64,000 bases of DNA, taken from NCBI GenBank assembly GCA_032718475.1, contig JAUCBJ010000751.1:1-64000 (forward strand), written 5' to 3'. A program made the position numbers and the translations under genes. Source of the DNA: Nemertoderma westbladi (taxonomy: Eukaryota; Animalia; Xenacoelomorpha). Position 1 is the stretch's first letter. Every line of letters starts with the position of its first letter. Under the pieces are notes generated by a model. It worked only from the letters and a program-made list of their open reading frames with translations, ran no database searches and was not told where the DNA came from. This document shows positions 52,149-64,000 of the stretch, in pieces.

Positions 52149-52867
52149 CCCGAGTAGAGACGTGACCCCGCGCCTAGGTAGAGACGTGACACATCACCCA
52201 GTGCCCGTGTAGAAGCGTGACCCCGCACCCGTGTAGAAACGTGACCCTGCGCCTGTGTAGAGACGTGACCCTGCGCCCGGGTAGAGACGTGACACATCAC
52301 CCTGTGCCTGTTAGAGACGTGACCCCGCACCCGTGTAGAAGCGTGACCCTGCGCCCATGTAGAGACGTGACCCCGCGCCGGGTAGAGACGTGACACATTA
52401 CCCCGTGCCCGTGTAGAAGCGTGACCCCGCGCCCGGGTAGAGACGTGACACATCACCCCGTGACTGTGTAGAAGCGTGACCCCGCGCCCATGTAGAAGCG
52501 TGACTCTGCGCCCCTGTAGAGACGTGACCCAGAGCCCGGGTAGAGACGTGACACATCACCCCGTGCCCATGTAGAGATGTAACCCCGCGCCCGAGTAGAA
52601 CCATGACCCTGCGCCCGTGTAGAGACGTGACACATCACCCCGTGTAGAAGCGTGACCCTGCGCCCGTGTAGAGACGTGATCCCGCGCCCAGGTAGAGACG
52701 TGACACATCACCCCATGCTCATGTAGAAGCTTGACCCCGCGCCCATGTAGAAGAGTGACCCCGCACCCGTGTAGAAGCGTGACCCCACGCCCGTGTTGAG
52801 ACGTGACCCCGGGCTCGGGTAGAGACGTGACACATCACCTCGTGTAGAAGCGTGACCCCGCGCCCGG
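52149..52867. repeat. GC-rich 24/34-bp minisatellite, right part
   Basis: Same units as 37993-38337. Confidence 0.93.
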
Positions 52868-52963
52868 ATTTGAAGTGTTGTAATTTAGTAACCTTTAATT
52901 TTATTATTCTTTTTTCACTGTTCAGTGACGCCTCTGTCTGTAACTGGTAGGCAGTCTGTTGGT

Positions 52964-53141
52964 AACTGGAAGCCAGGCGGCAGCAGTCTTTCTGTGAAAG
53001 TTAATCATAAGAATGTAATTTAAAGTGATAACTAACACACAGTGGTATCTATACTAAGGTTAGTTACTAATAATTGTTCTATAAAGGTCTTAATACTTGC
53101 CGCCTTTGATTGCCTTTATGAGACTTTATTGATTGCATAAG
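52964..53141 (+). repeat. ~180-bp dispersed direct repeat, copy 1 (copy 2 at 56051-56231)
   Basis: AACTGG..GCCAGGCGGCAGCAGTC...TTAATCATAAGAATG...ATTGCATAAG near-identical at both sites. Confidence 0.9.
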
Positions 53142-53334
53142 CTCTCTGCTCTCAGCTCTTTTCCTTTCGGCTGTAAATCCAACAGGCGTCTGCGGCATAG
53201 AAGGGAAGTTTTACCTTATAAAGTGTGGGTTGGATGTTTCCTTAAACCCCGGTTTATACACTCAAAAAAATGTATTGTTCTCCAAACTGCCAAAAACATT
53301 ATCAGTACGACAACATAATCTATTTAAAAAATAG

Positions 53335-53464
53335 AAGAATATATGAGAATATATAAAGAATATATAAGAATATATGAGAATATATGAGAATATATAAAGA
53401 ATATATGAGAATATAAAGAATATATGAGAATATATAAAGAATATATGAGAATATATAAAGAATA
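53335..53464. repeat. GAATATATGA/GAATATATAAA simple repeat; continues at 55384-55425
   Basis: Visible 10-11-nt units on both sides of the Tc1-like insertion. Confidence 0.88.
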
Positions 53465-55383
53465 CAGTCGTGGTCTCAAAGTGCATCTGTTCTTTGAGAT
53501 TTTCTCAAAGAACTAAAAGTGTCTCAAAGTTCTAAAAGAGGTCCAAGAAAATGACAAAGTGTCCTCAAAGATTTCAAAGTAGTACTGTCAGTTATTTCAT
53601 ACAATCCTGCCTGAAGCTGGCTATGGTATGGGGTATATTGACTTTGACTAAAGGGTAAAATATAAGTAATAAAAACCTCTATAAAACAATAAATATGCAT
53701 CCAAAAAATACTGCAGTAATAAATATTTGTTACTGCAGTAATAAATATTTGTTACTGCAGTAATAAATATTTGTTACTGCAGTAATTATTATTTGTTACT
53801 GCAGTAACTAATATTTATTACTGCAGTATTTTTTTGTAGGTATTTTTATTGTTTCAGAGAGGTTTTATTAATTAATATTTTTACTCTTTCGAGACGCCAT
53901 AATTGGGGGCTATCGGAATGTGTTGGTATTTGTGTCTTAGACAGTTTGTCTGTTGCCATATCTATATTAATGTATAGTACTGTTTAAATTTGTTTAGCCC
54001 ACAGGGCCTTGAATGTGAACGCCGAATTCCTTTACCAATGCATTTCAATGGTCAACCAGCCATTCTTTGCCGCACTGTAAATTGTGTTATACAAAGTAAA
54101 GAATAAATATAGAGGCAGGAATAAAGAGAAATGATTCGAGCGCACTAATTGGCTGTTCCCATAGATGTTTTAGGCATTGTTGGTGCGCAATGCATATTGT
54201 CAGAGCGACCGCCCAGTCTGCCAAAATCTATTATGTAATCAAATGGTACCACAAGCCAAGTAAAGCATGTGACAGTTCTTTCCGGCTCTGCCTGCACCTG
54301 TTTGTTTCAAGGTCACCGTCCGTGGGTCGCTACTCGCTAGCTGTGATTGATAGCTTAAACTGGGTGCCGCTTTGCCAGAAGGCGGTACACATCAATTGAA
54401 TATCAGGCAAACATTTAAAATATGCTCAAATATAGACGCCAGCGGCAGGGGATATTTTAATATCTATATTAAGTTAAAACAACACAAGAGTATAGCCGTT
54501 CTATTCTATCGTTCTTGAAACTTGAAAGCCTTTCTTCGTTTTTAAGAAGGAATTCTCGCGCTCTCGTCACCGTAGTTAAACTGTAATTAAACAGTTAAGG
54601 TAGTACGGGTTGACCTCAGGTCACTAATGAAATGAATGACAAAAGTTATTACTATTGCTTTCTCCCAACAGGGCTTCCTTCTTCAGGTCATTGTAATGAA
54701 ACTGCGTACACAGAGAAACTACAGTGCAGTTTCTCTTAATTGTTAATCTGATATTGTATTATGTTATTAAAATAATAAATCTTGTCAAGCATTAATCTTG
54801 TTTCACTAATTATGTTTCATGTATTATTTGATTTTTAAGAATGTTTTTTAGAAAGAAGTTTATAAAAGGTCTTTATTTCCAAATAGAAGGGGAGGGAGGG
54901 TGGGGGGAGGGGGAGGGGCGTAGAATGCTTGTCAAACGGCGCCGTAAATTCAATTTGTACTTGCGACCGAAAACCCATCCCATAATCACCCCAGGAACCT
55001 CAATGTGATAAATTAATGGGAATAGCTTCTAGGCAATAACTGGCCGGCCCACAAGTATCACTTGTGGCCCGCATGACATTGTTCCACGAGAATGCCTCTG
55101 CCTCTCAGTTAACTTACCACGAGAGCTGTCAATCACGAATACCTCGGAGTTTATTTTCTCAAAGAATTAAAAGTGCCGCTAACTACCTAAAAGTGACATT
55201 TCTCAAAGAATTAAAAGAATTCAAAGTGCCTAAAAGCAGGAAATCACTTTGAGATTCCCAACTAAAAGTGTCTACAAGAATTCAAAGCGGCCGTTGGGAG
55301 TAATGTAATGAATGACTTTTAGACACTTTTAGAAAAACTTTGAGAAAATCTCAAAGAACAGATGCACTTTGAGACCCCGACTG
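53465..55383. mobile_element. Non-autonomous Tc1/mariner-type DNA transposon
   Basis: TIRs CAGTCGTGGTCTCAAAGTGCATCTGTTCTTTGAGATTTTCTCAAAG / CTTTGAGAAAATCTCAAAGAACAGATGCACTTTGAGACCCCGACTG, TA on both sides, no transposase. Confidence 0.88.
53651..53889. mobile_element. Palindromic MITE-like element with a 22-bp internal tandem repeat
   Basis: Imperfect inverted arms (AAACCTCT..AAACAATAAA / TTTATTGTTT..AGAGGTTTT) around about 5 copies of TACTGCAGTAATAAATATTTGT. Confidence 0.7.
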
Positions 55384-56050
55384 TATATAAGAATATATAA
55401 AGAATATATGAGAATATATAGAATACAGGAATTAACAATTATTTAAAATTATAATGTTAGACCTGTTGTTTCCTTGTCCTGTTGTTTCAACGTACTACAT
55501 ATGTATTCTAGAATACACTATTTTTATGAATTGTGTTAAAGTCAAGCAATGGAAAAAACGTGGCAAAAACGCGGGGAAAACCTTGCAAAAAAAGCGGCCA
55601 AAAAATACGGCCACCAAAATGGTCCTTAACGAAATATGAAATGTCAGAGAACAACTGTTATTCCCAACCTAAACCAATTCAAACCATTATTGGAATCCTG
55701 AAATAATTAGGGTGGTGCGCTTTTTACTTTTTTCCGATTCTATTGTTCTACAGGTGCACAAAAGTTGCTAAATGGTAAAAAAGTAAGGCAAAAAAAAATT
55801 ATTTAAATTTCGTCTATATCTTCACGGATCCCAAGAGGGTTACATTTTGAGCCATCGCGATGTACCATAATGAGATATATAACAATATAACACATTGATG
55901 AAAGATCAAAGACTCAAGAAAGAACTTCCTGCATGCATCAAATGTGATCAAATGGGTCCAAACTTAGTCAATCAGCCTGTAACTGGTAGCCAGGTGCCAG
56001 CAGTCTGCATTTAACTGGTATCCAGACGCCCGCAGTCTGTCTGTAACTGC

Positions 56051-56231
56051 AACTGGTAGCCAGGCGGCAGCAGTCTTTCTGTGACAGTTGTTAATCATAA
56101 GAATGTAATTTAAAGTGATAACTAACACACAGTGGTATCTATACTAAGGTTAGTTACTAATAATTGTTCTATAAAGGTCTTAATACTTGCCGCCTTTGAT
56201 TGCCTTTATGAGACTTTATTCATTGCATAAG
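56051..56231 (+). repeat. ~180-bp dispersed direct repeat, copy 2, preceded by ~34-bp tandem units (55977-56075)
   Basis: Matches 52964-53141; TAACTGGTAGCCAG...GCAGTCTG repeated three times. Confidence 0.85.
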
Positions 56232-59189
56232 TAATTGCCTTTGTCAAAAGTGTATAAATAGGAGGATTTTTAGGGCATTAAAACCATTCTCTATCAGAAA
56301 TTTCTCTTAACTTTAATTACAAAGTTATTTACAAAATACTGTAAAAATGTTACCTGTAAGTCTTAAACTATTTTCTCTGCTGTCAGCTCTTTTCCTACTC
56401 CATGTAAGTTTATATAATGCATAAAGTATTCATTTAGCATTGTTATCTGAATTATTCATTTAATGATTTGCTCACGTAAATAAAGAAACCCTTTATTAAG
56501 GATGTTAGATTTATTCATCAAAACAAAAATAAAATGTTTTCTCACAGAATTATTCCACAAACAGAAATTGTATTTAAACGGTTAGCATCCTAGAGAGAGT
56601 GACAACGCATACATGACTGTAGCCAACAGCTGTTTGACTGTCTCACAAACTGTCTGTTAATTATTCAGTTCACATTTATTTTTGTTTTTGTCCGAGTATT
56701 GCAGACTGGTTTGCTATTATTATGGCCTCCCCCAGTCTGATGTGTCCGGAAATCCTTATTGGTTGTCCAGTTGTCCTTTTTAGTTGTCTAGTAGTCCGTA
56801 TAGGTTATCCCCGTCTCCACCATTTGGTGTCACCTTGTCCATAACAGGTCTCCCCATGTCGCGTTGGATATCCGTCTGTCCACGTCTGTTTCCCTGGCCA
56901 CGTCTTATTCCCATGTCAACATTTGTTGTCCCATTGTCCCCACACCAATTGTACCCCAACTCATATCAGTTTTCTTGTAATATTGTAATATGTGGTGGAT
57001 TTTTCAACATTTTCTATGACAGGCCCACTTTTTGGAGTAGCATGTAAAATAATATTAGCGATGATAACACTTAATAACTTAACCAGTATTATTATTTGTT
57101 TAGTAAATAAACGTATTATTATTTCATCAATAGCTCTGCCGTGTAATGTGAAAAGACCGCAAGTCACAAAAAGTCATTTCGAGATTGTTGGTTTAAAATG
57201 TCCGTAAATTACTAATTTTTTATAACCCTACGCAATTGGGGGTGGGAAATTTTTTTACATGATTATTTTTTACTTTCCATTAATATTTTGACGTCAGAGT
57301 TATTTTTTGTACTTACGGTATTTTTGCATTGTACAACCTATATGTAAATACATATTTCAAGACACATATTTCAATAAAACCGTATTTGCGTTTTCTTATT
57401 ATTAGTCCGGCAGCCACAATGGTATACCGAAAATTTTTGGACGGATTAAATTTTTTTGATGTTTTGAGTTCTACAGGTCCCAATTAATGAGGAAATGGCG
57501 ATTATAACATTTTTGACTTTGGGCATTTTGAAATAACGACCCAGTTGCTAAGGACCACGTAATTCTCATTTAAAGCATAGCAACTGCAAACAGCATGTCG
57601 TAATGGATTGAAATCTTCTACAAAGTCAATATAGTTCATTTACGAAATAATGACAGTATTTTTTGTCAGATTTTTAGATCCTGTTGCTATGGAGACGGCA
57701 TTCAAGTTTAGTGTTGCGATTTCAAACGCCTTTAATTATACAATTAGTTACAAAATATGCACCAAAGTTAGTTAAATTATGTTTAATTTATTAGCGTGGC
57801 CTTTCTGTAACTTTAGACAAGGTTAAGAATCTAAATTGGGCTGATATTTATTTCCTAACCTGACACATAATTATTAAAGATTACAAATTTCAGCGATTAT
57901 AACATTTAGGTGATGTTTCTACGGTAACTATATTTGTTATTTCCAGTTTAGCTCCTTTCTACTGTATTGTGCATCTTATTTTATTGTACCCGTATTCATA
58001 AATCGATACTGTAAGGGATAGTACAGATAAAGTGCCTAAGTACCTTAGCAAAGTAGACTAGAGTGGATTCTACTGTACAGTATAGTATGTTCCCGTGTTC
58101 CAACGTACGATATATATAATAATATTTATAATATACCACATTTTAAGTTGGGTACTACAGTACTTTTTCTTGGGTGACCATTTCGATATGGAGAATTGGG
58201 TTTGGAATTCATAACTATTGATGATCATTAGTTATGATTATTAGTTAGGCCTATGAATTATCAATGAGTTAGGCATCACATTTAGTGGTTTCTTCATGGA
58301 ATAGCTATTGAGTTTCCAGGTCTCTGCATTTAAATGGGACTTGTTCTATAGAAAATTGATATACTCGTAGTTTCTTATATGGAATGTTTTTTCATTGACA
58401 TGAAAATGTCATTAGCTTGTTCTAGAAAATTGACATAGTGGTAGTTTCTTATACGTGAGTCGAATTGTTCATTTAATTGTCATCGGCATGTTTTTTTAAT
58501 GTTTTTTTAATAATTAAAATGGTACTGTATGTTTGCGTAGTTCTCTAGAAATATAACAGTTGATGATAGCTAATCGAATTAGGAAACCTAGCAATTACTG
58601 TAAAAAATTCTAAAATGACTAGTTCGAACATTCATAAGATATTATGGGTGCCACCTGGAAAAAACAGTAACTATTGTATCTGGTAAAAAAAATAGCTAGT
58701 AAAATCTCAAAACTTGATCATATTTAAAAGTCAATAGATAAAATGTAGTTAACGGGCCGGTAACTACATAGTTAACGGGTCGGGACTAGAGTCATCAGAC
58801 TTCCTTACAGGTTGACCTCGGAGTTTACTTAGGTAATGCCAAGCAAACTACAGTATAAACGAATTTAAGTTCCATGAATTGTAAGAAATCCACGCATTCA
58901 CTAGCTATGCTAATAACCCAACCAAACAGGAATATTGGACCTACCTTATCACATGTGAATGAAGCGGTCCTTCTATACTGAGATTGACCAAAAAGGAAAT
59001 GTCAAAAGAACTAGATTATGACATAGATATCAAGAGTTATATTAGTATTTCAAACCCGGTTTCATGCCTTGCCATTAAAAGTTTTGGCGGGGTCTGCTAT
59101 TGGTCAACATCGAGCTAAATGTATTGACCATGAGTTCCTCAAAGATGTCACTATGTAATTTGGTATTTTCCTGTTCAGTACGGTGGACT

Positions 59190-59355
59190 TACATTAGGGA
59201 GGATGCATACATTAATGAGTTTCATTGGATCCATAGGAAGTTTAATGGTTGAAACCGGCCTCTCTGAAGTGTATCGTGTGTATTTTGGCGGTGTTTCAAA
59301 GATGTTATCTGGGAAAAAGTGTCCACAGAACAGGCGCGCTATGCGCATTTTCGCA
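59190..59355 (+). pseudogene. Academ transposase fragment
   Basis: LGGMHTLMSFIGSIGSLM..TGL.E....FGGVSKMLSGKK.PQN.RAMR, recalled as a conserved Academ block. Confidence 0.75.
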
Positions 59356-59520
59356 GATAAATATTCTATATTTGTTCTATTATTACATTTTTATCTGAGG
59401 GAAAGAACAGGTATAACCAATTCAATTTTCATAAAATCCCCATTAAAAAACCGTACCGCAGTAATAGACGTGGGCGATACAGTCAATGGACTATGGAACT
59501 TTTCCCAATATTTTACAGAC

Positions 59521-60141
59521 TGTGACGGGATCAAGGGATCCCGACCGGATTTGTCCATTACGCGTCACCGTGTTTACCTTTGGGTGATACCTAGGCCGAG
59601 GCCGTTGCAGTAAAACAATAAGAGTTAATTGATGTTTCTTGATACTCGGATAATGAATATATATGTGATAGCACAGTAAGAGTTACAGTTAGGCAGAATT
59701 GATATATGATGGATGCTGTACCGGTAAATATATGTATTGGTGACGGTGATGGTATAGAATATCACCGGTCTACACTGAACTGATGACTGAGTAACTGAAC
59801 CGGCAATGTTATACATTGACAATATATATGTAATCATTTCTACACTATTGTGGCCTTTGTCCAGTGGATGCTTTCCCCCGCTCCTATTGGCTGATAACCT
59901 ACTTCACGCCTCTCACCTCTTTGGGAGTGCTTCCCCCCCTGTTGGCCCCTGTTGGTTATTTTCCCTTCCGAGGTGGTTTGACCTCTAACCTCCCTTTGTG
60001 TGGCTTTGGGGTTTTGTGTTGTCCCCGTTATTGGTTGTGATACGAGATTGGTTATTACCAATCTCGAACCTCCGACATATTACTGAAAATGTGCCACTTC
60101 CCATTTATGAGGGTAATGCAGCGGAACTGAATCCGCTTACA
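59521..60141. mobile_element. Solo LTR (621 bp)
   Basis: TGTGACGG...CCGCTTACA flanked by 5-bp direct repeat CAGAC (59516-59520, 60142-60146). Confidence 0.82.
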
Positions 60142-61387
60142 CAGACGATTTAAAATGCCTTGTAATAGCTCAGTAGAACTCAATAAAATTAATTCAGTGT
60201 CGTAATACTTGTTTGAAAATTAATTTAATTATATTAAAAACATTTAAGGGAAAGGAGCAGGTTACAGTGACGGTGTTTTCTAACCAAAACAATAAACTAT
60301 GCATTATTTCACTTGCGGTCAATTAGCGCTGAAGATCACTATTTTCACTTGCGGTCAAAGTGCGCCACTATCTGAAACAAGCAGGAAACAAATTATTTAT
60401 ATATACATTTTAAAGTAATAATTTGTTGTCAAGGTTTGAAATGCTTCCGATGTGATGTCCGCAATAAATTACTGTGGTTTCCATGAAAACGGGTATTTGT
60501 TGCTAAACATATTTCTACACAAAATTGATGTGGTGCATATTATTTAGGGAAACATGTTATTAATAAAGTGCACAGACAAAACAAAAAACACATGAGTGTC
60601 AGTAGGCATAGTAGTTTTTCCTTGGAAAGATAGAGCGACAGTTGTAGTTCCTTCGTTACCATAGCAACACTTTAATAGTTTCTCTAAAATTTTCATATTT
60701 TCCATCAAAATTACAACCAGTTCAAGCCCACCAGTTAATCGCCATTCTGATTGCTAAGCTTTCAAAGAAATTGCTGTAGTCCATAGAAACGGGTCATTAA
60801 TTCAAATTGCCCAAGGTGTTAAAGTCCATAAATCACTTTTTTATGTTAAGAGGGACCCCTAGACACCAAAACATCCAAAAAATGTAATCCGTCCAAAAAT
60901 TTTCGGTTGGGCCAAAAAGAGGCACGTGGCTGCCGGACTATATCTATGCAATGACAAAACACCGTAAGTCTTGTTTTTTTGTTCGGTTTTTTTGGCATAA
61001 ATTCAATTAGTTGCGGTCTTTTGTAAGTATAGCACTTACGGTCTTTTCCTTTGTAACACTATACATATGTTGTGACTTACGGCCTTTCTACATTGCATAT
61101 CTCGACAACTATAGTGGATACGGTGTTCTCGATTATACCATTAGATAGAGCGCATTTTTTAGACCCAGAAAAAGTGAATTTAGGAAAAATGCGACTTACG
61201 GTCTTTTTACATTGTACGGCAGAGCTATTTATAATTAATTAATTATTACAGGCAAATGATGGACAATGTGGAGCCATTAATGTAAGTTTATTAGTTATTT
61301 TAAATTATTATTTTAAATTTAATTTCATGCGCTTTCATAGATATTGTAAGTGGTGACAAGTTGAGATAAATTCATAAAAGTTACAAA

Positions 61388-61584
61388 ATAATTGAGTTGA
61401 GATAATGTCTGGGAGACCTCTCTCTGGTGACCAAAAAAGAAAGGGTAACAATAGTTACGAGCTTTCACCCAACAGGGCTTCTCAAGCCATTCATCAAGCC
61501 CTGTCTGGTGAAAGCTCGTAACTGTTGTTACCCTTTCTTTTTTGGTCACCAGAGGTCTCCCAGACATTATCTCAACTCAATTAT
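61388..61584. mobile_element. Near-perfect hairpin (foldback) MITE, probably intronic
   Basis: About 90-bp arms ATAATTGAGTTGAGATAATGTCTGGGAGACCTCT...ACAGGGCTT mirrored by AAGCCCTGT...AGAGGTCTCCCAGACATTATCTCAACTCAATTAT. Confidence 0.85.
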
Positions 61585-61645
61585 GATTACTACGGTGACG
61601 AGAGCGCGACAATTTCTTAAAAGTTATAAAAATATTTCCTAACAG

Positions 61646-61762
61646 GTTACAGAGCTGGAAGAACAGAATACAGAGTTGGAAGGAAATATTAATGGGTTGA
61701 GTGACCAAATAAAAGATATACTTACAAACCTAACTAACCAAGTCAATGAGCTAAATAACGAT
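61646..61762 (+). CDS. Coiled-coil exon of the FReD gene (phase 0-0, 39 codons)
   Basis: TTTCCTAACAG acceptor, GTTAGT donor, VTELEEQNTELEGNINGLSDQIKDILTNLTNQVNELNND heptads; splices in frame to 62340. Confidence 0.72.
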
Positions 61763-62339
61763 GTTAGTTTCTTAACCAGTAATAATTTGTAACATAATTA
61801 TTTGTCGTGTTGAAGTCCTTCTGTTTTATTATTATGTTTCTATTTATTTGTATGGAATTAATTTCGCACTACCAAATCGCCAGGCCGACATATTTCCTAA
61901 CTTTATATCGCAGTGCAACATTATTTATCAGTACGCCATATACCCTACGCCATATATTTACTATGTATTTCAGTATATCCAGTATGTCACCGCGTCATTA
62001 TTAGGTTGTTCTAGAAAGTTTAAGTGCAAAACTACAAATAATTCCCCACAAATAAATAAAATTAGATTCGCCATTGTTCATAATTACCACATTAAATCTT
62101 TTACGGCCCTCGTTTTATTATTTCACTAAACAAAATCCCTCGTGCCGTAACGCTATAATGTGCTATTTTATGAGCAACGACGTAATATAGTTAGTATTTA
62201 ATTGCTCTAAATTTTGGGTCGAAATGCCGGCGTTTAATGATTTCCCTAGAGAACTCCAACCCAACCACTACTGATCAGATGTGGGCAGAGGATTTACAGA
62301 ATTTAATAAACAATTTCAATTAATAATATTTCCTAACAG

Positions 62340-62966
62340 GTTACAGAGTTGGAAGAGTTAGTTTCCATGTTACATGATACAGAGATAGTGAATTCATCCA
62401 TTACACTGTATCAGATAATGGCTCCTCTGCTATTAAAGCAGAAAGATGGGGCGAAGATTCAACAAAGAGTTGATGGATCTGTTGACTTCTATCGAAACTG
62501 GGATGAATATGTTGAAGGATTTGGCGACCCGAATACCAATTTTTGGTTGGGGTTGGAGGCGATCCACAATGTGAGTGAAGGCGGGGTGAAGTTGAGAGTC
62601 GATTTGTGGTTCAACAACGAACACAAATACGCGAAATACGACAACTTCTCTATCGGATCAGCTGCAACTAATTATCGCCTACAGGTATCCGGTTACCATG
62701 GTACTGCTGGTGACTCATTGGAGTTTCACAACGGTCTCCCATTCTCTACCAAAGACCGCGATAATGACAGGTGGGACGACGTCAACTGCGCCGTACGACG
62801 TACTGGGGCGTGGTGGTACCACGAGACTGTACAAGGACGATACAAGGAATGCGCGTACAGTAACTTGAACGGAGAGTATGGTGGGGGGTGGTCGCAAGGA
62901 CCTTGTTGGTATTATTTTACTGTAAGGAATCCGGCTTCTCGAGTTGAAATGAAGATTTGGATTTAG
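62340..62966 (+). CDS. Terminal exon of a fibrinogen-related domain protein (ficolin/tachylectin/FREP-like lectin)
   Basis: IQQRVDGSVDFYRNWDEYVEGFG...FWLGLE...LRVDL...YAKY..F.IG...Y.GTAGDSL..HNG..FSTKDRDND...NCA....GAWWY...C..SNLNG...EMKI; acceptor CCTAACAG at 62339. Confidence 0.95.
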   Translation, partial: VTELEELVSMLHDTEIVNSSITLYQIMAPLLLKQKDGAKIQQRVDGSVDFYRNWDEYVEGFGDPNTNFWLGLEAIHNVSEGGVKLRVDLWFNNEHKYAKYDNFSIGSAATNYRLQVSGYHGTAGDSLEFHNGLPFSTKDRDNDRWDDVNCAVRRTGAWWYHETVQGRYKECAYSNLNGEYGGGWSQGPCWYYFTVRNPASRVEMKIWI

Positions 62967-64000
62967 TAAAACTGTAAGTTTTATATAAAATTACTAAATA
63001 ATTTCAATAGAGTTGCGTTGAGGATTATAAATAATATTAATATAATGTAAAAAAATAATAATATATGATAAATGATAGAAAATAAAAAAATATACTTTAT
63101 TATTATTTGATTAAATTATATTTGTGTGAAAAGTTCCTGATTAATAATAATGAGTTCCGGAATAAATATCGTTTTTTACTATAAAATTATTTACTTTAAC
63201 GTTTTTATTCTTTATTTTGCAGTTTGAATTCCCAATAAGTTTTAGAAGAGACTGAATCTTGGCTATTCTACTATATGTTACCAGTTTATATGTGTGATGG
63301 TTATGGGTTATTGGTTTATGTTTGGTTAATATTTACAATATATTAATAAATTATAGTTGCAATAACTTAACTTTATTTACTTAACTTGCTGTTAGACCAG
63401 GAGGGGCCGGTTGCATATAAATTAACCTTAGCTAAGGTGCACCTTTAACTCAAGTGTTGCCTTAAATATTTCAACATCCTTATCAGTTGTTGTCTGCCTA
63501 ATATTACCTAATATATTTTATAGAAACATTTTGAGAACGTCGGTGGAGGTCCGAGAGCAAAATGTGGACTTATCAAAATCAGCTGATATAATTTAACAAA
63601 TTAATTGTTAATTAAACTTCTTTATTACCTAATAATATACAAATAAATCCTATTTTATTTTAACGCCTCTGTTTGAATATCGCCAGTTATTGGGTTTCTG
63701 GAACGGTTCCTGTGCCAAAGTGAGGGAGCGAAGAGGAGTCCTAAATGAACCGGAATCAGGGGCTGTCATACCAACCCGGATATATTCCGAGCGATCAGTC
63801 GCCCTGACTACGGGGGTCGGGTAGACACGGGGGAAGCGAGGGAGTGGGGTCGGAATGATTCCGAGGTGCGCGGCCCGGAATACGGGAGGGATATCAAGCG
63901 ATATCCCCGCAGAGTCGTACTTTATAAATAAAAATATACAACATAAAAAAACCGGTTAAAACAATAACTTTGATAAAATTTGAAAATAATTACAAAAAAT

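Larger units (their letters stand above)
57403..60940 (+). mobile_element. Academ DNA transposon, internally deleted
   Basis: Termini TAGTCCGGCAGCCAC / GTGGCTGCCGGACTA, long imperfect TIRs (CCGAAAATTTTTGGACGGATTA mirrored), 3-bp TSD TAT, transposase fragment inside. Confidence 0.85.
57131..61227. mobile_element. Non-autonomous TIR DNA transposon (outer; about 560 bp without the nested Academ), superfamily unassigned
   Basis: TAGCTCTGCCGTGTAATGTGAAAAGACCGCAAGTC / GACTTACGGTCTTTTTACATTGTACGGCAGAGCTA; subterminal CTTACGGTCTT motifs; TSD ambiguous (TA or AT). Confidence 0.8.

Noticed and set aside
52127-52638. HVSTRA-repeat proteins (also 38044-38523)
   Set aside because: Translations of the 24/34-bp minisatellite, with frame shifting between units.
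61325-61642. Pair of similar ORFs on opposite strands
   Set aside because: Artefact of the hairpin MITE.
63400-63920. Possible Harbinger-like end (GGGGCCGGTTGCA) and GC-rich segment as ncRNA or LTR
   Set aside because: No partner terminus, TSD, or tRNA/rRNA fold identifiable within the window.

Overview
AT-rich eukaryotic (invertebrate-like) repeat-dense DNA; almost everything is satellite or transposon. (1) 69-33201 is a complete 31-bp satellite array (about 18 kb of monomers, both edges visible). It is interrupted by a full-length BEL/Pao LTR retrotransposon (3189-13119, minus, 688-bp LTRs, TSD CAGAT), a truncated second copy (16775-19210) and a 3'-truncated Mag-like Ty3/gypsy element (26755-29640). 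(2) 33651-36702 is a decayed ~1000-codon ORF (Arg-rich repeats, DEDDy/WRN-like 3'-5' exonuclease, Cys/His knuckles, basic tail) lying directly upstream of a PPT and LTR start, so it is retrotransposon cargo. (3) A GC-rich minisatellite holds a 5'-truncated RTE-like LINE, itself split by a 12.1-kb non-autonomous BEL element (39062-51198, 1177-bp LTRs, TSD TGGTT). (4) Nested DNA transposons follow (Tc1-like MITE, Academ derivative with a solo LTR inside, hairpin MITEs). (5) The last two exons of a fibrinogen-domain (FReD) gene close the window. Main discovery candidate: both BEL families lack a tRNA primer-binding site. In each, the 10 nt immediately after the 5' LTR are exactly complementary to a sequence inside the element's own LTR. 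This is the signature of Tf1-type self-primed reverse transcription, which I do not know to be described for BEL/Pao. All calls were made by eye, with no database searches.
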